Shown here piece by piece: positions 27,293-37,677 of a stretch of 64,000 nucleotides of DNA. Location: IMG/VR virus record IMGVR_UViG_3300047160_010363, positions 1 through 64,000 of that record, one strand, 5' to 3'. The notes beneath the pieces were generated by a model that saw only the letters and a list, made by a program, of their open reading frames with translations, did not search any database and was not told the DNA's origin. The DNA is from a virus. The first letter of the stretch is position 1, and the number at the start of each line of letters is the position of its first letter. The translations under genes were made by a program, and so were the position numbers.

Positions 27293-27789
27293 GCTGGGAT
27301 GCGAGCGCTCCGCCCAGGAGTGTGATCCACAAGTTCATTTTTGACCGTTCAGACGACGCCAGTCAGTTCGATGCACGTCGAGGTGACTGGCGCGTCGAAA
27401 ACGGTCACCACTATAACTTCGACGCACCGCACCGGCCAAGACAGCAGCAGCCTGGTAGCCAGACTGAACTGCGCACTCCACCAAAGGGATGGGGTCGTGA
27501 CACAGTAGTGTTGAAGGATGTGTTTCAGTGCCAGCACTGGCCTTGTACTGTGCATGTCAAGCTGCCGCACGGTGTGAGGGTCGGTGATGACGGGAGTGGG
27601 TGGTGTAAGCACTGCGGCGGGCTCATATGCGCTGCGTGCATGCGACTGAGCGCGTGCCTTCCCATGGAGGAGGGTATCTACAGATTTGAGCAGATGGCAA
27701 AGATCAAGGAGCGCATGAGCGCCGAGGATCTTCGGCGTGATGTGGACTCATTAGCTAAACTCAAGGAGGTCGGGTTAATCAGTGGATAA
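27289..27789 (+). CDS. Zinc-finger protein
   Basis: CQH..C, WCKHC...ICAAC, CLP. Confidence 0.65.
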   Translation: MSWDASAPPRSVIHKFIFDRSDDASQFDARRGDWRVENGHHYNFDAPHRPRQQQPGSQTELRTPPKGWGRDTVVLKDVFQCQHWPCTVHVKLPHGVRVGDDGSGWCKHCGGLICAACMRLSACLPMEEGIYRFEQMAKIKERMSAEDLRRDVDSLAKLKEVGLISG

Positions 27790-28144
27790 TGATGAAGAGA
27801 GCTCCATAACTCCAGAGATGATCGCAGCTGGCGCAGCGGCGATCGAAGAGTACGCGGGCGGGTCTTATACTCAGTGGCGTCGTGCGGTCGTGAGAGTGTG
27901 GCAGGAGATGCACCGTGCCAGCAACGATGAACCGCACAGTGGTGGTGAGACGTTTGCGTTGGCCTATGACCGCAACATTGCAATGCAGAAGAGCATGGAA
28001 GTTGCAGCCGATAAGGGTAAACAAAAACGTGATGAAATGGCGGCCGCCGCAAAGCTCCATGGTTTTCATCAGATTACCATCGATCCTCAGCCAGCTGAGC
28101 TGGCTGAGATTGAGTGGCAAGAGTGGTTTAAGGCGAACGCGTAA
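27782..28144 (+). CDS. Hypothetical protein
   Basis: ITPEMIAAGA motif; AAGGAGG SD. Confidence 0.55.
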   Translation: MDNDEESSITPEMIAAGAAAIEEYAGGSYTQWRRAVVRVWQEMHRASNDEPHSGGETFALAYDRNIAMQKSMEVAADKGKQKRDEMAAAAKLHGFHQITIDPQPAELAEIEWQEWFKANA

Positions 28145-28359
28145 TGGTGGTTGGTGATTATCAATACCCGTTGTGGGTAAGAAAGTTTTGGCTTGACCCA
28201 ACTGCGTGCTGGCCGTGGGACCATGTGTGGAATTATCGCGCACCTTGCGTTAGGGTATGCGGTAAATGTGGTATTCCGCAACAAAGAATATTGCTGTTTA
28301 TCTGGCGACGCTTGTGGCTAAAGAATGTAGCTCATCAAATGAGGATAGACGCGTAAGCC

Positions 28360-30585
28360 ATGGGCTGCCTTCTACGCTTTAAGTTTTCAGACGAACTGGT
28401 CGAGCAATACCCCTGCTTTGTAGAGACTGGAGTTGGTGCTGGCGTGTCTCTGGGCTACGCGGCTGAGCACAAGTTCAGCAGGCTCTCGTCTATTGAGTAC
28501 GATGAGAGACTCATAAACGTCACTAGACCCATATTTGGTTCCGATTCACGAGTCCGCATAGTTCAAGGGAACAGTGGCAGCACGCTAGGCCCACACATTG
28601 AGAGTTATCCGAACGGGACTGGCTTCGTGTTCTGGTTGGACGCCCACTGGCCTGGCTCTGATTATTTTGGCGATCCATACGTCGTTAAAGACGACCAAGA
28701 AGACGTGGCGCTACCACTGATGGCTGAATTCCAAGCCATTGCAGATACCTGGGACGTACATAACGGCCAGTTTGTGATCATAGTGGATGATGTGTCTACC
28801 ATGATGATGCTGGATCAGGGGGCTTCATACCTGTTCCGGTTCTGTGGCACGCACGATACGCATATCTGGATGAAGGACGAGGGTTACGCAGTCATAACAC
28901 CCAAGGGCAGTGGATCAAAGCCGGAGCTGATAGAGCAGTACGACATATTTCAGCTCGTCTCGGCGTCAAGACGGTATATTGAGCACGGGCACTGGAGCGG
29001 CGCGCGTGGCTTCGTTGGCGCTATCATGGGTTTGACCGAGAAGATCGACGATACCGATCGTAAGGTTTTCTCAGCCAAGCGTGTGGCCCGCGGCGAAGCG
29101 TGTCGGTTTATGGCGGCCGAGGCGATGTCTCGGCACAACGTTGGCGCCGCTTCAGATCTGTTCATACAGGCGATGATCGCGGACCCTCTCTGCATCGAGT
29201 ATCGCATGGACTACATATACCATGCGCTGCTGCCGATCAACTTTACTGAGCTTGCTCTGCACGAGGCCAGGGTAGCCACCAAGATGTTTCCAGACAACCC
29301 ACGGGCTTGGTGCTCGTTGGTGGAAGTCCACCGTCGACTTGGGAACCGCGAAGAGGCTGCTGTTGCCATGTCGACAGCACAGCAGTGCCCACGCATTGGG
29401 ATGACTGACCTGCTCGCAGCGCAGTTGGCGGCCGATCTTGGAGAATTTGATGAATCTGTTCGGCTCTACAAGAAGGTCATAGACGAGCATCCTGACCGCC
29501 ACGGTGAGGCGTTGCTTGGCTGGGGCGTCGCCATTGCTCGTGACGGTCGTTTTGAAGAGAGCATTGCGTTATTTGACGAGGCCCTGGAGGTGGGCACTCC
29601 TGACGATGCGCTGTGCCGTTGGAACCGTGCTGAGAACCTATTGTCCCTTGGCCGCTATGCGGAGGGTTGGCTGGACCACGGCCGCAGGTTTGACCTAGCG
29701 ATGAAGATACCCGGTGTCGGGGCAGCCAACACTCGTTTTTCTAAGCCTCGCTGGGAAGTGGACACATCTCCATGCAGAGTATTAGTGCAGAGTGAGCAGG
29801 GCTTTGGAGACGCCATCTGCATGGCGCGTTATGTACCGATACTGCGCGATCTCGGTCATCATGTGCAGTTTGAAGTAGACCCTAAATTGGTGGATTTGTT
29901 TTTGCAGAGTCCACAGTTTGATGGTGTTAAAATTATACCACGCGCTGTAGATTACCCAGGTTCGATCGGCATCGAAGATTTTGATGTCAATATGCCATCG
30001 ATGTGCTTTCCTGCCGCTTTCGGCACCACTACAGATAATTGCCAATGGACTGACCCGTATCTTCAGGCTCAGCGAGGCACGTGGGATGACTTGAGACCTA
30101 ATCAGATGCGACAGAAGCTTAAAGTTGGTTTTTGTTGGCGTTCAGGTCGACGCGACGGCATCTGGGAAGATGAATATTATCAGCGTAAAAGCCTCGTTTG
30201 GGATGATGCAAAGCAGATCATAGAGTCGTTCGGTAACGCTATTGACTGGCACTTATTTGATTTTCCAGTAGACCGGCAGAAACCAGATCTTCCAGGGCCA
30301 AGCTTTGCAGAGACTGCTGACATTTTATCGACGTGCGATCTATTAATAGCGTGTGATACTGGCATTGCTCACCTCGGCGGCGCGATGGGTATGCCGGTGT
30401 GGGTACTACGCCATGGACCGGCTGCTTCTTGGCATTGGATGGCAGCCGAGGCCGAAGGTGGTCGATGGGTTACGAAGTCACCATGGTATCCGTCGGTTAC
30501 GATATTCAGGCAGCGAAAGGCCCACGCTTGGAGCGAAGTTATTAGTCAGGTCATTGCGGAGCTTAGGGGATATTCGCCAAAGTAA
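28360..30585 (+). CDS. Fusion: class I SAM methyltransferase-like + TPR + GT-B (GT9-like) glycosyltransferase
   Basis: FVETG.G.G, SIE, QGNS, FWLDAH; TPR helices; EQGFGD...ARY, DTGIAHLGGAMG, SPWYPSVTIFRQ. Confidence 0.88.
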   Translation: MGCLLRFKFSDELVEQYPCFVETGVGAGVSLGYAAEHKFSRLSSIEYDERLINVTRPIFGSDSRVRIVQGNSGSTLGPHIESYPNGTGFVFWLDAHWPGSDYFGDPYVVKDDQEDVALPLMAEFQAIADTWDVHNGQFVIIVDDVSTMMMLDQGASYLFRFCGTHDTHIWMKDEGYAVITPKGSGSKPELIEQYDIFQLVSASRRYIEHGHWSGARGFVGAIMGLTEKIDDTDRKVFSAKRVARGEACRFMAAEAMSRHNVGAASDLFIQAMIADPLCIEYRMDYIYHALLPINFTELALHEARVATKMFPDNPRAWCSLVEVHRRLGNREEAAVAMSTAQQCPRIGMTDLLAAQLAADLGEFDESVRLYKKVIDEHPDRHGEALLGWGVAIARDGRFEESIALFDEALEVGTPDDALCRWNRAENLLSLGRYAEGWLDHGRRFDLAMKIPGVGAANTRFSKPRWEVDTSPCRVLVQSEQGFGDAICMARYVPILRDLGHHVQFEVDPKLVDLFLQSPQFDGVKIIPRAVDYPGSIGIEDFDVNMPSMCFPAAFGTTTDNCQWTDPYLQAQRGTWDDLRPNQMRQKLKVGFCWRSGRRDGIWEDEYYQRKSLVWDDAKQIIESFGNAIDWHLFDFPVDRQKPDLPGPSFAETADILSTCDLLIACDTGIAHLGGAMGMPVWVLRHGPAASWHWMAAEAEGGRWVTKSPWYPSVTIFRQRKAHAWSEVISQVIAELRGYSPK

Positions 30586-30586
30586 C

Positions 30587-31219
30587 ATGGCTTTTACACC
30601 CTCCGCGATTGGATCGGCAAATGGTAACAATGTTGCATCACTCTCCATCGTAGTTCCCAACGCTCTTGGTATTTCAGCCGGGCACCAGCTTTGGGTTGCC
30701 TATGGCGGGAGTTCGTTACTAGGCGGCAACGGGGTGCCAACTGACCCCGCTGGGAACGTTTACAGTGCTGTTGCTGCCGAGAGTACAGGCACTGCAAACA
30801 TCATAGTATTTCAGGTGCCAAGTTCACTCGCGTTGAGCGTCAACGCGGGAATATTGTTGGTCCCACCAACGGCGGTATTTTCAGGTCGAGCGGCGGCCTT
30901 TTCTGCGACCGGCTTTTTATCCGGCATCGTTGAGGCCTCTTCTAGCGGCATTGGCACATCGACGCTGCCAGACGTTGCCCTCAATAATGTACCGGCAAAC
31001 AATTGGTGTATAGGGGTTGTCGGAGTCGCTGGCCCGTCTTCGGATGGGTTCACCCAGCCGACCGGCTGGTCCAATCTCGGCAACCTAAATACGCAAACAA
31101 CCACCAACTTCTCGATCTATGCTGGCTATCTTCAGTCTACAGGGGGCCAAGTAGTCTATGCGCCGACATTGGGCGTCAGCCGCGACTGGGTTGGGTTGCT
31201 GCTGTCGCTCCAGTCTTAG
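30587..31219 (+). CDS. S/T/G-rich beta-domain virion protein
   Basis: TDPAGNVY, PTGW, YAPTL..SRDW; similar to the N-terminus of 31238. Confidence 0.7.
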   Translation: MAFTPSAIGSANGNNVASLSIVVPNALGISAGHQLWVAYGGSSLLGGNGVPTDPAGNVYSAVAAESTGTANIIVFQVPSSLALSVNAGILLVPPTAVFSGRAAAFSATGFLSGIVEASSSGIGTSTLPDVALNNVPANNWCIGVVGVAGPSSDGFTQPTGWSNLGNLNTQTTTNFSIYAGYLQSTGGQVVYAPTLGVSRDWVGLLLSLQS

Positions 31220-31237
31220 TGGGGGAGTTAAGCCTAC

Positions 31238-34138
31238 ATGGCGTGGGCAACCCCTGTCAGTATCGGGACTAATTCAGCTGCTAGCGTTGTAGCCAGTGGT
31301 ACTTTGTCGATTACTGTAGGTGTAGGCGGTGTACCGGCAGGTTCGCTTATAGTAGTATGTGCTGGTTTAAGTGGCACTCTTAATGGGCAGCACATATTTA
31401 CTGGTACTGAGATATCTGATGGCAGCAATACTTACGGCGTAGCTGATCAGGCGAATCCGGCGGCTACGGTCGGTAATGGTATAGGGGTAATATTCTATTC
31501 CTATAATGTCACAGCGCTTGTACAAAACGCGACAATAACGCTCACTAGTCAAGACACTGGTGCGGCGCGCGTCCTAATAATGACTGCGTTGTATGTAACT
31601 GGTGGACCAGTAACTAATCCACTCAATACAGCAGCCACCACAAGCGGTGGGACGACTGGATCATCTACCACACCAAGCGCCACCATGCGTGCAGTGCCGC
31701 TTCCATCTTCCCTCGCTGTTGCGTGGTTGCAAGTTCACCCAACGGCAGGCCCAACAACATTAACACAAGACACAGGGAATGGGTGGGCGTTTCCCCCGAA
31801 TACTCCGACTGGTCAAAATTTATGCCAAGGGATAGGCGGATATAAAATCACAAGTACTCAAGATACGTATGCTCCGACTATATCAGTATCGCATGATTGG
31901 TCTGATATCATTGCAGTATTCTCTCCAGACACTACTGTCTGGCAAGAATATTCACCTCCCCTGTTTATCCAGCGTGGGAACAAAGCAGCGTTGGTAGCGG
32001 CGACCGGCCAATTCAGAGCGGAGACAATACCATCGAATCTGTTGCCACCACGCTATGGCTATGAATTAACGTCACCGTCGTTATTTTCTCAGCCCAGAAT
32101 GAAGAGGGCAGCACAGGTAGCAACTGGACAGTTTCGGTCGGAAACAGTGCCGTCGAATTTGCTGCTACCGCGCTATGGTTACGAGTTAACTTCGCCAGCT
32201 GTAATACGTGCCAAGAGGAATATAGATCCTCCAATTCCATTGATTCGCCAGAATACTGATGTCGCTACGCGATATGGTTACGACCACGTACCACCGACAT
32301 TTGTTCGTGTGGTACGCAAACCAGATTTACCAGTTCCGCTTAATCGACAGGATAGCGACGCAGTACCGCAATATGGTTATGAATTAACATCGCCAGCCAT
32401 AATTAGGGCACGTAAGCCAGATTTATCAGTTCCTTTGGTTCGCCAAGATGCTGACATGCCACCGCGGTATGGTTATGAGCAGATACCACCGACATTCACT
32501 CGGGTAGCGCGTAAGCCTGATTTACCCATCCCGTTGACTCGTCAAGATAGTGACGCGCCAACACAGTATGGTTATAAGCTTACTTCTGTACCTCTAACAC
32601 GTACCAAGAGGAACACAGACCCACCAGTTCCTCTAAATCGTCAAGACACCGACACGCGGACGCAATACGGTTATGAGCAGGTACCACCGACGTTTACTAG
32701 ATCGGTGCGCAAGCCAGACCTGCCAGTTTCACTTATTCGTCAAAACAGTGACGCATCGACGCAGTATGGTTATGAATTCACTTCACCGGCATTGGTCAGA
32801 GTGCGTAAGAATCCTGACCCTCCAGTTGTAATAACCCGATTAGATTCAGACATCACCACCAAGTACGGTTATGAGCAGATTCCACCGACGTTTGTCCGTG
32901 TGGTGCGTAAGCCAGACTTACCAGTACAACTCATCCGTATAAATAGCGATGATGCAACTCAGTTCGGTTATGATTTGGTCTTCCCTATATTTGCACGGGT
33001 TGCACGCAAACCGGATTTACCAGTTGCGCTAAATCGGCAAGACACTGACGTTCCGCCACCTCCAGTAGTTCAGTATTATGGATACGAGCTGGCATTTCCA
33101 TCGATCACCAGGGTCAGCCGTAAACCTGATCTGCCCGTTCCGCTGAGCCGTCAAGATAGTGACATACCAACGCAGTATGGCTACGAGTTAACGTCTACGC
33201 CTTTAGTGCGCGCCAAGAGGAACACAGATCCACCCATTTTACTTAGTCGTCAGGATAGTGATGCGTCTACGCAGTATGGTTATGAACAGGCGTCACCGAC
33301 GTTTGTTCGCGTGGTGCGCAAACCGGATTTACCAGTCGCTCTAAATCGGCAGGATACTGACACAGCGCCTCCTCCTGTGGTTCAGTATTATGGGTATGAA
33401 CTAACGTTTCCATTTTTTATCAGGCTCAGACGTAAGCCCGATTTGCCAGTTCCACTGAACCGTCAAGACAGTGACACGTCGACGCAGTACGGCTACGAGC
33501 TGACGTCCACACCTCTAATACGTGCCAAGAGGAACACAGATCCACCAGTTCCACTGAACCGTCAAGACAGTGACGTTGCTACACAGTACGGTTATGAGCC
33601 AACACATCAATCTTTTGTTCGGGTGCTCCGTAAACCGGATCTCTCTGTTATTCTGATAAGGCAAGACAGTGATATTGAGCCAGTTTATGGGTATGAATTT
33701 ACGACTCCGGCAATGGCGCAGTTTTGGAGAAAGGTAGATCTCCCGGTACCAACTGGTCGCTTAGATTTTGTAATACCACCGCCGCCAGTCCCTTTGCTTT
33801 ACGGATTTGATCTAGCGCAGTACGTCTTGCAGTCATCACGATGGCCGCATTATTCTGCAGCAGTGGCTGGTCTGTCTTTAGTTTCATCGCCTTTAATTAT
33901 ACCTTACCACGGGTTTGAGCTTACATCTCCACCGTTACTGTGGAGAGGTCCTAGACTTATTGACCTCACACCTACTGATTGGATCGTCATTCGCGCGATT
34001 ATCCGCGCTATTGGCATACACGCAGTGGCTGATGGTCTGTTTATATCGTCTGTTTTGCAAGATCAGATACTGATTTCGAAGATAATTAGTGATAACTTGA
34101 CTTTGGCTTCTTCTATAGAAGATGATGAAATAATCTGA
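31238..34138 (+). CDS. Repeat protein: N-terminal beta domain + about 17-19 33-aa YGYE/RKPDLP/RQD repeats
   Basis: 966-aa ORF; repeats counted in the translation. Confidence 0.9.
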   Translation: MAWATPVSIGTNSAASVVASGTLSITVGVGGVPAGSLIVVCAGLSGTLNGQHIFTGTEISDGSNTYGVADQANPAATVGNGIGVIFYSYNVTALVQNATITLTSQDTGAARVLIMTALYVTGGPVTNPLNTAATTSGGTTGSSTTPSATMRAVPLPSSLAVAWLQVHPTAGPTTLTQDTGNGWAFPPNTPTGQNLCQGIGGYKITSTQDTYAPTISVSHDWSDIIAVFSPDTTVWQEYSPPLFIQRGNKAALVAATGQFRAETIPSNLLPPRYGYELTSPSLFSQPRMKRAAQVATGQFRSETVPSNLLLPRYGYELTSPAVIRAKRNIDPPIPLIRQNTDVATRYGYDHVPPTFVRVVRKPDLPVPLNRQDSDAVPQYGYELTSPAIIRARKPDLSVPLVRQDADMPPRYGYEQIPPTFTRVARKPDLPIPLTRQDSDAPTQYGYKLTSVPLTRTKRNTDPPVPLNRQDTDTRTQYGYEQVPPTFTRSVRKPDLPVSLIRQNSDASTQYGYEFTSPALVRVRKNPDPPVVITRLDSDITTKYGYEQIPPTFVRVVRKPDLPVQLIRINSDDATQFGYDLVFPIFARVARKPDLPVALNRQDTDVPPPPVVQYYGYELAFPSITRVSRKPDLPVPLSRQDSDIPTQYGYELTSTPLVRAKRNTDPPILLSRQDSDASTQYGYEQASPTFVRVVRKPDLPVALNRQDTDTAPPPVVQYYGYELTFPFFIRLRRKPDLPVPLNRQDSDTSTQYGYELTSTPLIRAKRNTDPPVPLNRQDSDVATQYGYEPTHQSFVRVLRKPDLSVILIRQDSDIEPVYGYEFTTPAMAQFWRKVDLPVPTGRLDFVIPPPPVPLLYGFDLAQYVLQSSRWPHYSAAVAGLSLVSSPLIIPYHGFELTSPPLLWRGPRLIDLTPTDWIVIRAIIRAIGIHAVADGLFISSVLQDQILISKIISDNLTLASSIEDDEII
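32050..33930 (+). repeat. Degenerate 99-bp coding tandem repeat array
   Basis: Recurring TAYGGNTAYGAR with mostly 99-bp spacing. Confidence 0.85.
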
Positions 34139-34139
34139 A

Positions 34140-34544
34140 ATGGTCGCGACACCAGGTCCTGGTTTTGTTCCAACAATTACAAATATTGGCATTCCAGTGC
34201 CTTCTGGATCGACGCCGATATACACTGGTAAGCTAGTCGATGTGTATGGAAATCCTATAGGACCGTCTCAGCTTGATACATTGACGTTAACTATCTGTGA
34301 TACGTTGACGCAAATAGTTATAAATAATGTGCAACAAGTAAACATATTGAATGTGGATCGAGGCACTTTGAATGATTCAGGTATACTAACTATCACACTG
34401 CTTTCTACGGACACGTTGTTAACCGAAGCTCCTGGTCAACCGTCGGTTCAGCGGTCTCTTGTGATAGATTGGAAGTATAATGGCGAGGTGTCTGTGGGTC
34501 GCCATCAAGTGAACTTCAATATTGTTGCGTTGGCCGGAGCTTAA
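34140..34544 (+). CDS. BppU-like adaptor domain protein
   Basis: GST..Y...L.D..G.PI, G.L.ITL...DT, C-terminal F.IV.L. Confidence 0.6.
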   Translation: MVATPGPGFVPTITNIGIPVPSGSTPIYTGKLVDVYGNPIGPSQLDTLTLTICDTLTQIVINNVQQVNILNVDRGTLNDSGILTITLLSTDTLLTEAPGQPSVQRSLVIDWKYNGEVSVGRHQVNFNIVALAGA

Positions 34545-34548
34545 TGAC

Positions 34549-36207
34549 ATGCCGTCAATCGTTACCGTAAACGTCACACAGCAAGTAGCTCCGATTCCGG
34601 CGACGCTCCAGCGCATAGGGGCGTTTGTCAGTCAGGGTGGTACTGTGCTGGCACCTGGATCATCAGCGCTGCTCACTCAGCCCAGCGACCTTACACCGTT
34701 GCTGACTGCGAGTGGGGTGATCTCGTCGCTGGTTTGGGCTGCCCAGGCTGTCACCGTCACTACGTTGTTGCCTCACGGTTTCCCGATCGGTGACCAAATG
34801 ACGGTGATTATTCGTGGCGCCAATCCGGTGGGGTTTGATGGAACTTTTTTGGTAAATGTGACGGGAGCCAGTACGTTTGTCTACCCTCTTGGGTTCAACC
34901 CTGGCGCTGTGGTCGTTGCGGGCTTTTACGCTCCACTGAGTCAGCGCGAGCTTGTGCAAATGACCAACACGTTTTTTGCGCAAGGTGTTGATCTCTCCGT
35001 GTACGTGCTTGAACTGGGTCCAGGTGGCGCTGATATTGGCTCAGCGGCCCTAGGCGCGTACCTCACGCAGAACCCAAATACTGCCTATACGTCTGGCTCT
35101 ACTGGGTTTTTCTATCGGTATTTAGTTCCTCGCCCGTGGGATGGTGACCCAAGCTTCTTGAATCTTGTTCAACAGTACGATGACCCCACTTCCCGCACTT
35201 ATTTTCACGTAACGACGACGCTCTCCAACTATGTCAATTACACAGATTTGGAAAAGTCTGTCTTTGCCTTAATAGAGTCGCCAATTGTCGATGCGTATCC
35301 AGCCAATGCCCTAACTGCCATTACATGGTCTAATGGTGTGGTTACTGCCACGACCACAGTGGCGCATGGCGTTCTACCGGGTACGTGGTTTCAAATCCAG
35401 GGATGTGTTCCAACAGCCTATAATGGATACTGGCTGGCGTTGCCTGGTACTGTTGGCGCGACGTTGTTCTATTCGTTGGCGACCAACCCTGGGGTAGAAA
35501 CTACCCTTGGGACTCTGGTGGCCAGTTTGTACACAAATCCAGGCGTGCCTCCGACTGAGTTTACATCGGCGTGGCCGTTCTGGGCTGCTCTGCACTACAA
35601 CCCGAGCCCTACAAATCGGGTGGCTCCGTTTGCATTTAAGTTTGGGTTCGGAGTCACGCCATTTCCCACCCGTGGTTTCAGCGCCTTATTGTCGCAGCTA
35701 TTAGCGTCTGGCATCAATTATGCTGGCACTGGCGCCGAAGGCGGGAGCTCTAACGTTATCCTTCGTAATGGCACTACGGCTGATGGGCGACCACTGACAT
35801 ACTGGTATTCAGTCGATTGGGCGCAGGTTAACAGCGATTTGGAACTGTCGAATGCGGTCATCAACGGGGATAATGATTCCGTCAACCCATTGCTGTACAA
35901 CCAAGACGGCATAAACCGGCTGCAGGGCGTGGAAGTTGGTGTGATGAACAGTGCCATAACCTTTGGGTTGGCGAATGGTACTGTGGTGACCTCTGCACTC
36001 GATCAGGCCAGTTTTAACCAGGCTCTTCTTCAGGGCAAGTTTGCTGGTCAGATTGTTGTTAATGCCGTCCCGTTTGCCTCTTACGTGTCGACCAATCCGA
36101 GCGATTATCCAGCGGGGATATACGCTGGTCTTTCAGTGAACTACATCGTCCAGAATGGCTTTGTTTCGATCGTGTTTAACCTGAACGTTACAGATTTCCT
36201 CACATAA
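34549..36207 (+). CDS. Tail sheath protein with two inserted beta domains
   Basis: [31 protein letters not shown]. Confidence 0.9.
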   Translation: MPSIVTVNVTQQVAPIPATLQRIGAFVSQGGTVLAPGSSALLTQPSDLTPLLTASGVISSLVWAAQAVTVTTLLPHGFPIGDQMTVIIRGANPVGFDGTFLVNVTGASTFVYPLGFNPGAVVVAGFYAPLSQRELVQMTNTFFAQGVDLSVYVLELGPGGADIGSAALGAYLTQNPNTAYTSGSTGFFYRYLVPRPWDGDPSFLNLVQQYDDPTSRTYFHVTTTLSNYVNYTDLEKSVFALIESPIVDAYPANALTAITWSNGVVTATTTVAHGVLPGTWFQIQGCVPTAYNGYWLALPGTVGATLFYSLATNPGVETTLGTLVASLYTNPGVPPTEFTSAWPFWAALHYNPSPTNRVAPFAFKFGFGVTPFPTRGFSALLSQLLASGINYAGTGAEGGSSNVILRNGTTADGRPLTYWYSVDWAQVNSDLELSNAVINGDNDSVNPLLYNQDGINRLQGVEVGVMNSAITFGLANGTVVTSALDQASFNQALLQGKFAGQIVVNAVPFASYVSTNPSDYPAGIYAGLSVNYIVQNGFVSIVFNLNVTDFLT

Positions 36208-36220
36208 GGACAAAGTTCGA

Positions 36221-36526
36221 ATGCCACAGCAACCTTTAAATATCCCGACGATCAACAACCTTATCGTGACGGATGGAACCAACACGTTCAGCTTCGTCAA
36301 GAAGATCTCTGTCGTCGGTGCGACTGTGTCGCAGTCGACTCCAGGTAATGTGACAATCACGCTTGCGGCGACTGGTGCGACTGGTCACGTCGGCGCGACT
36401 GGTGCTACTGGCGCGACTGGACCGACTGGCGGTGCCACGGGCTCAACTGGACCAACAGGACCGACAGGTGCTGGTGCCACTGGTGCGACTGGACCGACGG
36501 GACCCACTGGACCCACTGGACCATAA
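36221..36526 (+). CDS. Short Gly-X-Thr collagen-like protein
   Basis: GAT/GPT triplets in C-terminal half. Confidence 0.8.
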   Translation: MPQQPLNIPTINNLIVTDGTNTFSFVKKISVVGATVSQSTPGNVTITLAATGATGHVGATGATGATGPTGGATGSTGPTGPTGAGATGATGPTGPTGPTGP

Positions 36527-36538
36527 GGGAGAACCTCT

Positions 36539-36979
36539 ATGGCCGGCAATCCACTGATTGCTCAAGGCACGCTGAACCGCCTTATTGCGTCAGTTGCGTG
36601 GTCGTCGTTTCCGGTCCTCAACGTTACTGCGTCGTACTTGGCGCCAGAGGGCATTCGGCTTACGTTGACTGGTGAGTCGACCTTATTCATCCAGACAATG
36701 GCTGGAGTCGTCACGTCCCCAGAGCCATACATGATGATAGACATGGCGATGCACCTGCTAAAATCTCAGCCTCTTAGCAACAGCTACAAGTCGCAGATGG
36801 AGCTGAGCGCGTTGCTGGGTGATGGTGTCGTGAGGACGGACACGACGACTCTAGGGCAGTATCAGATTACTAACTGCGCCATCCAAGGTGTGACTGAATT
36901 GGACTTCTCTGGCCGCAGTGCGGCCTACGTCGTGAGGATACGTGGATATTATCTCACTAATAGTTCGCTTTGGGGCTAA
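36539..36979 (+). CDS. Tail tube protein
   Basis: NPLI.QGTLNR, V.SPEPY, GYY..N; follows sheath. Confidence 0.8.
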   Translation: MAGNPLIAQGTLNRLIASVAWSSFPVLNVTASYLAPEGIRLTLTGESTLFIQTMAGVVTSPEPYMMIDMAMHLLKSQPLSNSYKSQMELSALLGDGVVRTDTTTLGQYQITNCAIQGVTELDFSGRSAAYVVRIRGYYLTNSSLWG

Positions 36980-37243
36980 ATGAAGATTGACCGCCGCTTA
37001 AACCTTGTTCTAGAAATATGCCTGATAGTGTGGGGCTTGCTGATACTGGTCGCACCATCACAGGCACAGCCACAATCACCACCGCAGACTTGGTGCAATA
37101 GCGCACCACATATACTGGATATAATCGCACTAACAAATGATGGCGATGTGGGAGAAGGGCAGCCAAATGAACATGCTGCCCTAATCAAACGGATAGAAGA
37201 TCAAGACCAGAAGTGTTTTGGCACCATAAGGTCGAGCCAATGA
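36980..37243 (+). CDS. Inserted signal-peptide protein beginning with a copy of the tail-chaperone start
   Basis: MKIDRRLNLVL, hydrophobic core, SQAQ. Confidence 0.6.
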   Translation: MKIDRRLNLVLEICLIVWGLLILVAPSQAQPQSPPQTWCNSAPHILDIIALTNDGDVGEGQPNEHAALIKRIEDQDQKCFGTIRSSQ

Positions 37244-37677
37244 AAAACATTCTTATTCTTGCTGCCCTATTAATTTGCTTCGTGCAAACGTCGCAATCTA
37301 TGGCAGCATGCCCTTATGGAGACAGTTCGTCGGCGACGTGGTACTACATCTACAATGCCCCAGGAGGCTCGTGGACAAGTAGTACGCTTTACTCATGCTC
37401 GTCCTGCGCAAGTTTGATCGGCTATGGCAAGGCCATTGGAGGTCGCGCTGCATGTTCGCCGTATACTGGCGATAGCACCACTGATGGAGTGTGGGACTGC
37501 AAAGATGTGGGGCCTCACCCTCAGGCAATGTACGGGGAGGAGTGGAATAACTCAAACGGAGGCCGGGCAGCGATATTCCTCGAAGAGTGCCGAACTCTCT
37601 ATCCTCCTTCCTCATGTGTATGTGTCGACAGAACTGGATCGTTCCAATCTCTAGCCGAGCCATATCAGGGGGAATAA
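37240..37677 (+). CDS. Cys-rich signal-peptide protein
   Basis: MKNILILAALLICFVQTSQSMAA; many Cys. Confidence 0.7.
   Translation: MKNILILAALLICFVQTSQSMAACPYGDSSSATWYYIYNAPGGSWTSSTLYSCSSCASLIGYGKAIGGRAACSPYTGDSTTDGVWDCKDVGPHPQAMYGEEWNNSNGGRAAIFLEECRTLYPPSSCVCVDRTGSFQSLAEPYQGE

Noticed and set aside
32050-33930. CRISPR array or DGR variable repeats
   Set aside because: Periodicity is in-frame and synonymous-degenerate; no identical repeats with unique spacers; no cas or reverse transcriptase seen
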